Shown here: piece after piece, positions 1-8,375 of the stretch
Layout: each line of letters begins with the position of its first letter
Position numbering within the stretch: the first letter of the stretch is position 1
Source: Gemmatimonas sp.
Lineage (GTDB): Bacteria; Gemmatimonadota; Gemmatimonadetes; Gemmatimonadales; Gemmatimonadaceae
Assembly (NCBI GenBank): GCA_031414535.1
Contig: JANNVQ010000014.1
Span: 224,001-288,000, forward strand
DNA length: 64,000 nucleotides
Reading direction: 5' to 3'
The notes under the pieces: generated by a model
The model's database searches: none
What the model saw: the letters and a program-made list of their open reading frames with translations, nothing else
Told to the model about the DNA's origin: nothing
Made by a program: the position numbers and the translations under genes

Positions 1-1046
1 ATACCGGCGAGGTAGCGCATCTTGGGATTGTCGGCACGTCCCGCGCCGCGTCTCGCCGTCGCATGGGCCAGATCAAGCACGCGAGCGCGCGGCACCGCGC
101 TGAGCGCCGAGGCCAAGCGCGCATTCAGCTCGCGAAGCACACTGCCGCGGCCATCGGGGGCCCAATCCAGTGGGCCAGTGCCGATGAACACCGAGTCCAA
201 GGAATGGACGAGTACCGTAGCCGAGCTGCGCTCGGCGAGCATCCGCACGTCCGCGGCGAGTTCATCCACGGCGCGTGCGCCCGCCTCACGAAGCGCATTC
301 CCTCGCTGGCCATCGGCGAGTTCCGGAAGCAAGTCGTCGGCTGCCACGGCTACGATCACGAGCTCCGCTCCCGAAGCGTACACGCCACTTGCTGAATTGC
401 GCACCTCGAGCGGAACGGTGTTGAACGGCGCCACATACACACGCGGCGCAAATCCAACCGCGCGCAACTCGGCGTCCGTATAAGCCGCAAGCACGTCCAC
501 CGTGAACGAGGCGAGGAATGCGATGGACAAGTCTCGCCCAGCGGCTGGTGCCAGCGCCTCGCGCGCGCGAAATGCGGACTGGACCGTGGCAGCCGTTCCG
601 TCGGCGAGCGCGAGTCGCGTCAAGAAGCTATGGGCTTCCTCGTCATGGCCCAACTCGCGTGCCCAATCTGCGGCCACACGCAAAAGATCACCGTCATCTG
701 GACTGTTCTGCAGCCACTGCAGCAGTAATTCATAGGCGCTGTGAGCACTCATACGCCGAATTAGATCTGTGCGCACTCGTCCGCGCAGCATTGATCCGTG
801 GCGCATTAGGAAAGCCAGAATCGGCTCGCGCGCCGCGTCCTCGCGCACCCAGCTGCTCGCGGCGAGTCTCGCGAGTGCAGGCCCGAGGACAGAGGCAGAC
901 GGGAGGGTCCCCAGCGCCGCCAGCCGCGCCACGAAGTCCGCGGGATCCAGGGCCGCAGCCACCTCCAACTGCAGCGCGTCGGGTAGCGACTGGACCATTT
1001 CCGAATTGGATTGACTCTTGAGCATTGTGGCGCGAGTGGTAGTCAT
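1..1046 (-). CDS. FkbH-like (HAD-IIIC) protein, N-terminal part; runs off the window edge
   Basis: Not in the ORF track. Manual minus-strand translation is open from ATG 1046 (or 998) to the edge: ...IAFLASFTVDVLAAY...VYVAPFNTVPLEV...LRELNARL...DNPKMRYLAG, which resembles the N-terminal domain of FkbH-like proteins. The catalytic DxD motif would lie outside the window. Confidence 0.6.
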   Translation of the reverse strand, partial: MTTTRATMLKSQSNSEMVQSLPDALQLEVAAALDPADFVARLAALGTLPSASVLGPALARLAASSWVREDAAREPILAFLMRHGSMLRGRVRTDLIRRMSAHSAYELLLQWLQNSPDDGDLLRVAADWARELGHDEEAHSFLTRLALADGTAATVQSAFRAREALAPAAGRDLSIAFLASFTVDVLAAYTDAELRAVGFAPRVYVAPFNTVPLEVRNSASGVYASGAELVIVAVAADDLLPELADGQRGNALREAGARAVDELAADVRMLAERSSATVLVHSLDSVFIGTGPLDWAPDGRGSVLRELNARLASALSAVPRARVLDLAHATARRGAGRADNPKMRYLAG

Positions 1047-1148
1047 CGGGTGCAGCGACAATCTATCGTCTGTTTACCACGATGTGCCGACCAATGCTTG
1101 CGGGGGACCCGCGCTCCTGCAAGGTTCCGCGCAACCTCTGAGGATCCA

Positions 1149-1586
1149 ATGACCCCACCCACGTCGCCCGCGCCCTTTGTCATGCCGGTCGTAGGCCATC
1201 AGGTCACGCTGCATCGCGTGCTTGCGGCCGTCGACGAGGACGCGTTCCTCACCCTCTCCGCCGACCCCAACCCTCTCCACCGGGACGACGACTTCGCGCG
1301 AAAGCACGGCCACAAGGCGCGGATTGCCCACGGCCTGCTGGTCACGTCCTTCTGCCTGCCGGCCATCGCGGCCGCTCTGGGCACGGACGGATTCCTTTGC
1401 CTCACACAGTCGGTGCGATTCAGTCGGCCCGTGAACCTAGGCGATACGCTCCAACTGCGTGCGTCCATCACCCACGTAACCCCGGCGCTTCGGCTGGCGG
1501 TTGTCTCATACGAGGCGCAGGTCGATGGCTCGACGGTGCTAACTGGTGAGGTTCATACCAAGATATTGGGAGCATCCGACAGCTAA
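1149..1586 (+). CDS. MaoC-family (hot-dog) dehydratase
   Basis: Hydratase motif SADPNPLH, IAHG, and SVRFSRPVNLGD; GAGGA precedes ATG 1149. Confidence 0.85.
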   Translation: MTPPTSPAPFVMPVVGHQVTLHRVLAAVDEDAFLTLSADPNPLHRDDDFARKHGHKARIAHGLLVTSFCLPAIAAALGTDGFLCLTQSVRFSRPVNLGDTLQLRASITHVTPALRLAVVSYEAQVDGSTVLTGEVHTKILGASDS

Positions 1587-1730
1587 CTGAATGTTGACGT
1601 ACCACCTGATGTGCTACTCACCTGCGCAACATATAGTGTTGCGTGCGCGACACAGGTGGTGCCGAGTGAAAAGTGCAGAGAAGTTTGCTAAGTCATTGCA
1701 GTATATGAGTTTGCTTAAAGTGCTGCATCA

Positions 1731-1747
1731 ATATCACACAGTGATAT
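1731..1747. promoter_or_regulatory. Perfect 7-3-7 palindrome ATATCAC-aca-GTGATAT, putative operator
   Basis: Seen directly in the low-GC intergenic region upstream of the 1875 gene. Confidence 0.4.
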
Positions 1748-1874
1748 AGGGCGGCATTAACGGCACGATTCTTCCCATGGATGTGGCAGATCGGGCGGTT
1801 CCTGAATCTTTTAGGCAGCGGACTCCACTCGGTCGGAAATCACCAACCCCTCCTTCTGCAGGATGCCGCTTTAC

Positions 1875-2720
1875 ATGAAGAATTTGCTTCGCACTGCCGC
1901 CCTTCTCGGCGTGATTATCACCGCAGCTTGCGCGCCCTCCGCGGAGGTCCTCGGGCCATCCGCCACCAGCGCAGATCTCGTCGGCGACCGGAACAATGAG
2001 TTCTCGTTGACCCCAGGCGTGGTGAATGTCTGCGCCTTCTTCGGCGATCAGGCCGTGCCGCCAGGTGGCAACTTCTCTGCCTCCGCTCCGGCTGGTGAGA
2101 ATGTGCTTGCTGGTACCTTCAACATCACGCCAGCTCCGCATTGTATCGAGGTCTGGAACGCGTCAAACGACAACACCGTCTCGGTGAGCGCTTCCGCCCT
2201 CTCTTCGACCGCTGGGTGGCAGCTCGACCGCATCTTCGTCTCCACCGGTGACAGCCTCACCATCGCCACAAGCCAGTGGCTATACGGCGTGAGCACGGCC
2301 ACAACGACAGTGAATCGCTCCGTCGGCGGTGTGATGTGGTTCAAGTTCGTGCCGGTGGTGCTGCCGCCCCGCGGCGGCCAAGGCTGCACGCCGGGCTACT
2401 GGAAGCAGTCGCAGCACTTCGATTCGTGGACCTCGCCGTACACCCCGAGCACGCTGTTCTCGGATGTGTTCGCCAACGCGTTCCCCGGCAAGACCCTGCT
2501 CCAAGTCGCTGGGCTGGGTGGCGGTGGCTTGAACGCCCTCGGCCGTCACACGGTCGCAGCGCTCCTGAACACCGCTTCGGCTGGTGTGAGCTACGACCTC
2601 ACCACTTCGCAGGTCATCACGAGCTTCAACACTGCTTTCGCGACCCGCAACAACAAGAAGTACACCGACCAAAAGGACGTCTTCGAGTTCCTGAACGAGC
2701 AGGGCTGCCCGCTCAACTAA
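1875..2720 (+). CDS. Secreted lipoprotein with a C-terminal GCTPGYWK-motif domain
   Basis: MKNLLRTAALLGVIITAAC lipobox-like signal; Ser/Thr-rich beta region; GCTPGYWK...AALLN...NEQGCPLN; followed by a terminator. Confidence 0.75.
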   Translation: MKNLLRTAALLGVIITAACAPSAEVLGPSATSADLVGDRNNEFSLTPGVVNVCAFFGDQAVPPGGNFSASAPAGENVLAGTFNITPAPHCIEVWNASNDNTVSVSASALSSTAGWQLDRIFVSTGDSLTIATSQWLYGVSTATTTVNRSVGGVMWFKFVPVVLPPRGGQGCTPGYWKQSQHFDSWTSPYTPSTLFSDVFANAFPGKTLLQVAGLGGGGLNALGRHTVAALLNTASAGVSYDLTTSQVITSFNTAFATRNNKKYTDQKDVFEFLNEQGCPLN

Positions 2721-2742
2721 TGCGAGGTACCTTAGCCCAGCG

Positions 2743-2786
2743 AACGGGGCCCGCCGGCAAATGCCGGCGGGCCCCGTTTCCTTTTT
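2743..2786 (+). terminator. Intrinsic terminator between convergent genes
   Basis: AACGGGGCCCGCCGGCA / TGCCGGCGGGCCCCGTT stem followed by TCCTTTTT. Confidence 0.85.
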
Positions 2787-2796
2787 GCTCCTCAGC

Positions 2797-3648
2797 TCAG
2801 CTTGGCTTCACTCCGTCGCGAATGCTGGTGAACTGAAACTGTTCAAACAGCTGCGTGATTCGGCCCAACACCCCCGCGAGTCCACCATAGTGCCGCACCC
2901 GCGTCAACGTCGGCACCGCGAGGCGGGGCTGGCCCGGATCCCACTCCCAGGGGTGCGTGTACACTGTGGCAGGCTGCCCCCGACTCTCCGCAGAGCGTAA
3001 TGCCGCACGCACCAGCCCCATCGGAAGAAGCCGCAGATAGGCGCCGCCCGCGGCCGGAAGCGTGGCACCGAGCACCGAGAGCGTAGCCGGAGGGTACTCC
3101 GCGAGCGCCCCCGCAGGACGAGAAATCACGTAGGGGTCCCGCTTACCGCCTGGGTATCCATAGCCGTTACGGCGCACGGGAAACAGAGAGGAGTCATAGC
3201 TGTGGCCCTCTTCTAAGAGGATGTCGAGGGCCCACTCTGTGCCCGGTACAATCGAGAATGACGGCGCGCGAAAGCCGCTCACGCGTTGGCCGGTTATGTC
3301 TTCGATAATCTGCTTGGTGCGCCGCACTGACAACCGAAAGGCGTCTGGGGTCTGATGCGTGATGCGCACATGGTCGTACGTATGCGATGCGACCTCATGG
3401 CCCGCATCGGCAATGCGGCGCAGCATCGCGGGGTGACGCTCGGCGACCCATCCCACCGTAAAGAAGGTGCCCGCATAGGAGAAGCGCGCCATCAACTCGA
3501 GCAGTTGATCCACACTGTTCTCCACTCGCGACTCGAAGTCGTTCCAGCGGCTCATCGGCGCGTAGGGCGCGAGCGCCACCACTTGGAAAAACTCTTCAAC
3601 ATCCACGGTGAAGTAGTGCCGCGGACGAGCTTTCGTTGCCTCAGCCAT
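2797..3648 (-). CDS. Polysaccharide deacetylase, PEP-CTERM/XrtA-locus subfamily
   Basis: FTVDVEEFFQV, HEVASHTYDH, FRAPSFS, YDSS, GGAYLRL and HPWE motifs. Confidence 0.9.
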   Translation of the reverse strand: MAEATKARPRHYFTVDVEEFFQVVALAPYAPMSRWNDFESRVENSVDQLLELMARFSYAGTFFTVGWVAERHPAMLRRIADAGHEVASHTYDHVRITHQTPDAFRLSVRRTKQIIEDITGQRVSGFRAPSFSIVPGTEWALDILLEEGHSYDSSLFPVRRNGYGYPGGKRDPYVISRPAGALAEYPPATLSVLGATLPAAGGAYLRLLPMGLVRAALRSAESRGQPATVYTHPWEWDPGQPRLAVPTLTRVRHYGGLAGVLGRITQLFEQFQFTSIRDGVKPS

Positions 3649-3654
3649 CAGCGA

Positions 3655-4644
3655 CTAGCGCGCAACGATGTCGAGGGTGGAGCGCGGTCGGAGCGCCCAT
3701 ACACCAATCGAAAGTGGCACGAGCACGCCGATGGCATCGTAGCGGCGCCCCGTATCCCACACGCCCACAACGAACGGCGGACGGAACCCGGGGTCGGCCC
3801 GCCTATCCAACAGCATCACGAGATTGCCACTGCCGTCAGTGACGGTTACGCGAAGGCTGCCGAGCACTGTCTGCGTGTCCACCACCGCGACATTGACGAG
3901 ACGCACCAGAGCGGCATCGCGCGCGCCTCCTGCCGCAGTGGCGGCGGCGGCGCTGCTGAGGACGGGGGCTGCGGGCACATTGAGCGCGGTGCCGAGGGCG
4001 AAGACCGTGACGTCGTCGAGGACGCGTTGGCCGTCTCGTACGGCGATGCGACCCCTCAGACGCACGTGGTCGCCATTCGCGACGGTCGAGGGACGCACGC
4101 GTACGGCGCGAAGCGCCGCCGCAGTGTCCACCATATGGAGGAGCGTGTCGCTGTAGGTCGCCAGCGAGTGCAAGGCGACCCCGCGCACGAACACGCGCGC
4201 ACCGAGTGTCGCCAGGCGCGCTTGGGTCGTGGTCAGCACCGGGAACGACAGCAGCGCATCGGATTGCACCGAGTCGGATGGCAACAGCGTCACGTTGCGC
4301 TCAGGAAAACCGGCAGCGTCAATGGAATCGCCGAGGCTCGCCGCATCAACGACCAGCTTATAGCTGCCCACTGGCACCGACGAGAAGCGGAAGCGGCCCG
4401 TCGCCGACGTCGTGGCGCGTAAGACGGTATCTCGCGAAACCGGCGTCAGCAGACGCACGCGCACTCCTTCCATCGGCGAATCCGCCAGCCCCACATCGCT
4501 CGAACCGTCAGCGTCGAAGGTCACCGTACCGAACACCGTGCCCGTCGCGCTGATGCCCAAGCTGCGGCCGCCCTCGCCGCCACAGGCACCCGCAGCGACG
4601 AGCAGCGACGCCGCGAGGATCCGCGCATTGCGAATCATCGTCAT
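3655..4644 (-). CDS. Lipoprotein with an N-terminal SdrD-B/prealbumin-like domain and probable OB-fold repeats
   Basis: Lipobox AAGAC; GTVTFDADG...GVRVRL...TTSATGRFRFSSVPVGSYKL; ATGA overlap with the receptor stop codon. Confidence 0.7.
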   Translation of the reverse strand: MTMIRNARILAASLLVAAGACGGEGGRSLGISATGTVFGTVTFDADGSSDVGLADSPMEGVRVRLLTPVSRDTVLRATTSATGRFRFSSVPVGSYKLVVDAASLGDSIDAAGFPERNVTLLPSDSVQSDALLSFPVLTTTQARLATLGARVFVRGVALHSLATYSDTLLHMVDTAAALRAVRVRPSTVANGDHVRLRGRIAVRDGQRVLDDVTVFALGTALNVPAAPVLSSAAAATAAGGARDAALVRLVNVAVVDTQTVLGSLRVTVTDGSGNLVMLLDRRADPGFRPPFVVGVWDTGRRYDAIGVLVPLSIGVWALRPRSTLDIVAR

Positions 4645-7490
4645 CGCGTCACCCGCAGGCCCACGCGCCATAGCACGCCAGGTGCGCGGCCATCCACCTT
4701 CTCACCGAACCCAGGATTCACCACGTAGGGAAGCGTAGTCACGCCGGTACCGGGGTTCACCGTCACAGAGCCCGTCGCATCAACCAACAACAGCGCCGCA
4801 TCTACCGGTGCGGTGTTGACGGCGAGCAGGTCCACGGCGTCCAGCACCAGATCCACGCGCCTCCCACCGATGTTCGCCACGCGGAACGCGGCGCGAACAT
4901 CCACGCTCTGCGCAAGCTCGCCGCGGCAGGCATTGCGCGCGGCAAACACACCGGACTTCAAGCAAGAATACTTGGCCAGTTGGGCGTCCATCCCCGGCAA
5001 TGCCGCATCCACGAACGCCGCGTCGTTGGTCCAATCGCCGTCGCCGTTGGCATCAACACCGCCGCGGAAGCCAGGCGTGAATGGAAGCCCCGAGCGCAGG
5101 CGATACAGACCGCCAATGCTGAACCAATCACTCAGACGCCACTCCAGCGCGACCATGGCACGGTGGGGTACATCAAGATCACTGCGGCCATCCGCCCAAT
5201 CGCGGCCGGCCAAACCATCAGGGAACGACGACTGCACGCGCCCAAGCTGCGGGAGATTGTCGTTCGTTTGGCTGTGTGTGTAGAATGCCGACAAGCTCAG
5301 GCCCGTCTCGCGCACGCGCTCCACGCCCACCGTGAGGCCCCAGTACTCGCTGCGGCCATCGTTCTCGAGCAGGTTCACGGCATCGAAGTCGGCGAAGCGT
5401 CGGTTGGACTGCGGCGTGACGACGAGCGCCGTACCGACCTGCTGCAGACTGCCAAACAGCGGCCGACCATCTTGATCTTCACCCGCCGCGAAGGCCGGCA
5501 GGTTCAGGTCGCGGCGGCGGCTCAATCCATCGGTCACGCGATACACACCAGATACCGACGCCCTCCAGTATCCGAGCGCGCGCGTGAGACCGAGCGAGAG
5601 GCGCTCGGTGCGCGTGCCACCGAACTGCGGCGACAGCATCGTGAGCGTCTGGCCCACCACTGGGGCCTGGCTCAGGCTGGGCACGGCATCCGTCGGCAGC
5701 GTGCCCACGCCGTACCGCACGCGGGCCGCACGGTCCAGCGCGAGTGCCTCGGCCATATCGCGCACGTCGGGCAGATCGCGGAAGGTGCCAGCGCCGCCCT
5801 CAAGGACCCACGCGGCCTTCTCGCCGAGCTCCCAGCGGAAGCCCAAGCGCGGCGACACCGCAGAGGTCCGCGGCGACACATCGGTGTTGTCGAGCCCGCT
5901 GAGGGCCAACCACTCTGCGTTCTCCTCGATGCGCGACACTGGCACGCCAAAGCTTTCCATCCGCAGGCCCATCGTCAGCTCTAGGCCCGACGCGAGTTGC
6001 CAATCGTCCTGCAGGATGAACGCCGTCTCGCGCAGTCGCAGCACGGCCCCTGCATCGGCGCTCTCGACGCCGCGCCACGCGGCGTTGGCCACGGGCAGCA
6101 AGCTCGGCGCTGTGCCAAACACATACTGCCCGTCACTGTCGCGCACGTACTCGGATTCAGCCCGCTGCGAGGAGGCAAGCACGCCCATCTTCAGCCGGTG
6201 GCGGCCGGCATCCATGTGCAGCAGCGCCGTCAGTCTCGGCGTGGCGCGCAACTCGCGGTGTGGCGTGCCCAGCGCGCCACCAAAGCGGGCGATGTCCGTG
6301 GTTGCGTACTCGCGTGCAAAGCCGCCCGCGCTGCCCTCGGTCCGGTTCACGTCCATCCCAAAGCGCCACTCGGCGGCCACGCGGTTCGAGAGGCGCGCCA
6401 ACACGTTCACGCTGCCCTGCCCCGCGATGCCGCTGTAGTCCGATCCGTAGTAGGAGGGAAAACCTGCGCGCTCGCCGTACCCGGTTGAGGTAAAGCGTCC
6501 GCCGCTCGCCTGCAGGCCAATCGCCAAGCGCTCGCTGCCGCGCCAATCAATGCGTCCAAACGCCGAGGCACGCTCGTCGGCGCGAGAATCCACGTTTATC
6601 GATTCGCTCCAGAAGTCGCGCTCGTTGCGCTGATAGTCGAACCCGACGATGCCCTGCGCGGTGTCGCCTTGCAGCGGGCCAGAGAGCAGGTAGCTGCCGC
6701 CGAGCGCGGCGGTGCCGCCTTCCGCGCCGACGACACTGCCCACGCGGCTGCCTCCTTGACGCGTCGAGGCGCGCACACCGACGCCTGTACCGCCGAGCTC
6801 AACGTCATAGCCCATCCCACCGACCGAAGCGGACGAGACCGCGCGCAGGGGCAGCGCGAGCCCAGCAGCATCGGCACCGCTGCCGGCCTGAGCCGCCGCG
6901 CCAGACGAACGGGCGCCATCAACGAGCATCGAAGTCATCCGCCACGGCAAACCTTCCACGCCGTACGCATCCGCGCCCACCGAGAACGCCGCAACGTCAC
7001 CACCGATGCGACGGGCTCCAGGAAGGTCGGCGTAGCCACGATCAAGCAACCACTGCCCGGGAGCGATGATGGCGCCGCGTGCTACGACGGTGTCTACGGT
7101 ACTCACCGGCGGAGTGGCCGGACGCAGCGTTGCCGCCAGGCGGACGGCCGCGCCCGCGACGACGCGCACGTCCAAGTGCACCACCGGACGGAAACCCACT
7201 TCCTCGACGGTCACGTCGTAGCGGCCACTGGGCAAAGCGTCAAAACGAAAGCGCCCGTCGTGCGACGTCAGGGTCCACTGTGTCGCTCCACCCTGACGGG
7301 ACACCACGCGCACTTCGGCCTCACCTAACGGTCGGCCATCGAGCGCGCGCACCTGCCCCTCGAATCGTCCCACGGCAAGACTCTGCGCTGGCAGCGCGAG
7401 TGGCGCGAACCAGGGCAAAAGCGTGAGAGTGGCGAGCCTAAGGCCGCGCGCAAGAACGTTCAAAACCTGCGGATGCTCGGATGGCGACAC
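4641..7490 (-). CDS. Oar-like TonB-dependent outer-membrane receptor with N-terminal carboxypeptidase-regulatory-like domain
   Basis: Signal peptide; GQVRALDGRPL...TSHDGRFRFDALPSGRYDV; barrel motifs ILQDDWQL, VSPRLGFRW, SGLPFT. Confidence 0.85.
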   Translation of the reverse strand: MSPSEHPQVLNVLARGLRLATLTLLPWFAPLALPAQSLAVGRFEGQVRALDGRPLGEAEVRVVSRQGGATQWTLTSHDGRFRFDALPSGRYDVTVEEVGFRPVVHLDVRVVAGAAVRLAATLRPATPPVSTVDTVVARGAIIAPGQWLLDRGYADLPGARRIGGDVAAFSVGADAYGVEGLPWRMTSMLVDGARSSGAAAQAGSGADAAGLALPLRAVSSASVGGMGYDVELGGTGVGVRASTRQGGSRVGSVVGAEGGTAALGGSYLLSGPLQGDTAQGIVGFDYQRNERDFWSESINVDSRADERASAFGRIDWRGSERLAIGLQASGGRFTSTGYGERAGFPSYYGSDYSGIAGQGSVNVLARLSNRVAAEWRFGMDVNRTEGSAGGFAREYATTDIARFGGALGTPHRELRATPRLTALLHMDAGRHRLKMGVLASSQRAESEYVRDSDGQYVFGTAPSLLPVANAAWRGVESADAGAVLRLRETAFILQDDWQLASGLELTMGLRMESFGVPVSRIEENAEWLALSGLDNTDVSPRTSAVSPRLGFRWELGEKAAWVLEGGAGTFRDLPDVRDMAEALALDRAARVRYGVGTLPTDAVPSLSQAPVVGQTLTMLSPQFGGTRTERLSLGLTRALGYWRASVSGVYRVTDGLSRRRDLNLPAFAAGEDQDGRPLFGSLQQVGTALVVTPQSNRRFADFDAVNLLENDGRSEYWGLTVGVERVRETGLSLSAFYTHSQTNDNLPQLGRVQSSFPDGLAGRDWADGRSDLDVPHRAMVALEWRLSDWFSIGGLYRLRSGLPFTPGFRGGVDANGDGDWTNDAAFVDAALPGMDAQLAKYSCLKSGVFAARNACRGELAQSVDVRAAFRVANIGGRRVDLVLDAVDLLAVNTAPVDAALLLVDATGSVTVNPGTGVTTLPYVVNPGFGEKVDGRAPGVLWRVGLRVTR

Positions 7491-7626
7491 GATGGCGAGA
7501 TGAGGACGGATCGAGAGGTACCGGCTCCAGTGCAGGAAACATACCGGCCAACAGACCTCTGTGTCATCCTGAAATCGCAGGAGCCGCCCACTGGCGATGC
7601 CTCCAAATCGGCACTAGCCTCCCCGT

Positions 7627-7926
7627 ATGCTCCCCCTTCCCTCCGCCACGGTGGTCTTCCAGCGCATTGATGACGGCGCCGTGCTCTTCGCGCCCGCCAC
7701 GGAGATCTACTTCGGCCTCAACGAAGTCGGCGCGCGCGTCTGGGAGTTGCTACCCCCCAAGAGCGACTCGCTCGACCAGCTTTGCGGCACGCTCGCTGCG
7801 GCGTACCCTGAGGTGCCCGCGACTGAGCTGAGGACAGACGTCGAGGAACTGCTCGCGCAACTCCTTCAGGAGGGACTCGTCACGCCGCCAAGCGGCGGGG
7901 CGTCTGATGGCCCGTCTGCGATCTAA
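7627..7926 (+). CDS. PqqD-family RiPP recognition element (lasso B1)
   Basis: YFGLNEVGARVWELL and DVEELLAQLLQEGLV; overlaps the B2 gene. Confidence 0.93.
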   Translation: MLPLPSATVVFQRIDDGAVLFAPATEIYFGLNEVGARVWELLPPKSDSLDQLCGTLAAAYPEVPATELRTDVEELLAQLLQEGLVTPPSGGASDGPSAI

Positions 7927-8356
7927 GATCGCGGACCGCCTCGCTGCACAGTTCGCGCTCCTGCGCGCCCGTCGGCTTCTGGCCACTGCGCCCATCGGCG
8001 CACTCACCACACGCCGAGTTGGAACGGCCCGAGTCGCAGACAGCGAGATTCAAGAGCCACCCCGCGCTGCACCTGAAGCGCAACTGCGCGCCGCGGCCTT
8101 GGGGGACGCGGTGCAATGGACCTCGACCCACGGACTGTTTCGTCCGTTTTGCCTCGTACAGGCGCTCGCACTGCAGGAACTCCTCTCCAAAGCGGGCATT
8201 CACGACAGTGAAATTCGCGTCGGGGTCCGGCGCGAGGGTAACTCGCTAAAAGCCCACGCTTGGGTGCGCTGGAACGGACAAGTCCTCGGCGACGACCCCA
8301 AGCACGTCAGCGAGTTCACCGAAGTGGACGACATTAGCGTCCTCGGTCTGCGATGA
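7907..8356 (+). CDS. Lasso peptide leader peptidase (B2, transglutaminase-like)
   Basis: Cys-His-Asp triad motifs CLVQALAL, AHAWV, LGDD. Confidence 0.92.
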   Translation: MARLRSKIADRLAAQFALLRARRLLATAPIGALTTRRVGTARVADSEIQEPPRAAPEAQLRAAALGDAVQWTSTHGLFRPFCLVQALALQELLSKAGIHDSEIRVGVRREGNSLKAHAWVRWNGQVLGDDPKHVSEFTEVDDISVLGLR

Positions 8357-8375
8357 TCACGCGGCAGCTCTCCTC

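Noticed and set aside
1624..1642. NrdR-box-like CAACATATAGTG
   Set aside because: Single copy with no ribonucleotide reductase gene nearby; probably part of another operator or chance.
7609..7624. Sigma54-like CGGCAC before the RRE gene
   Set aside because: No -12 TTGC element, and too close to the start codon.
7627..7926. PqqD as part of PQQ biosynthesis
   Set aside because: No pqqA/B/C/E genes; it overlaps a lasso B2 gene, so it is a RiPP recognition element.
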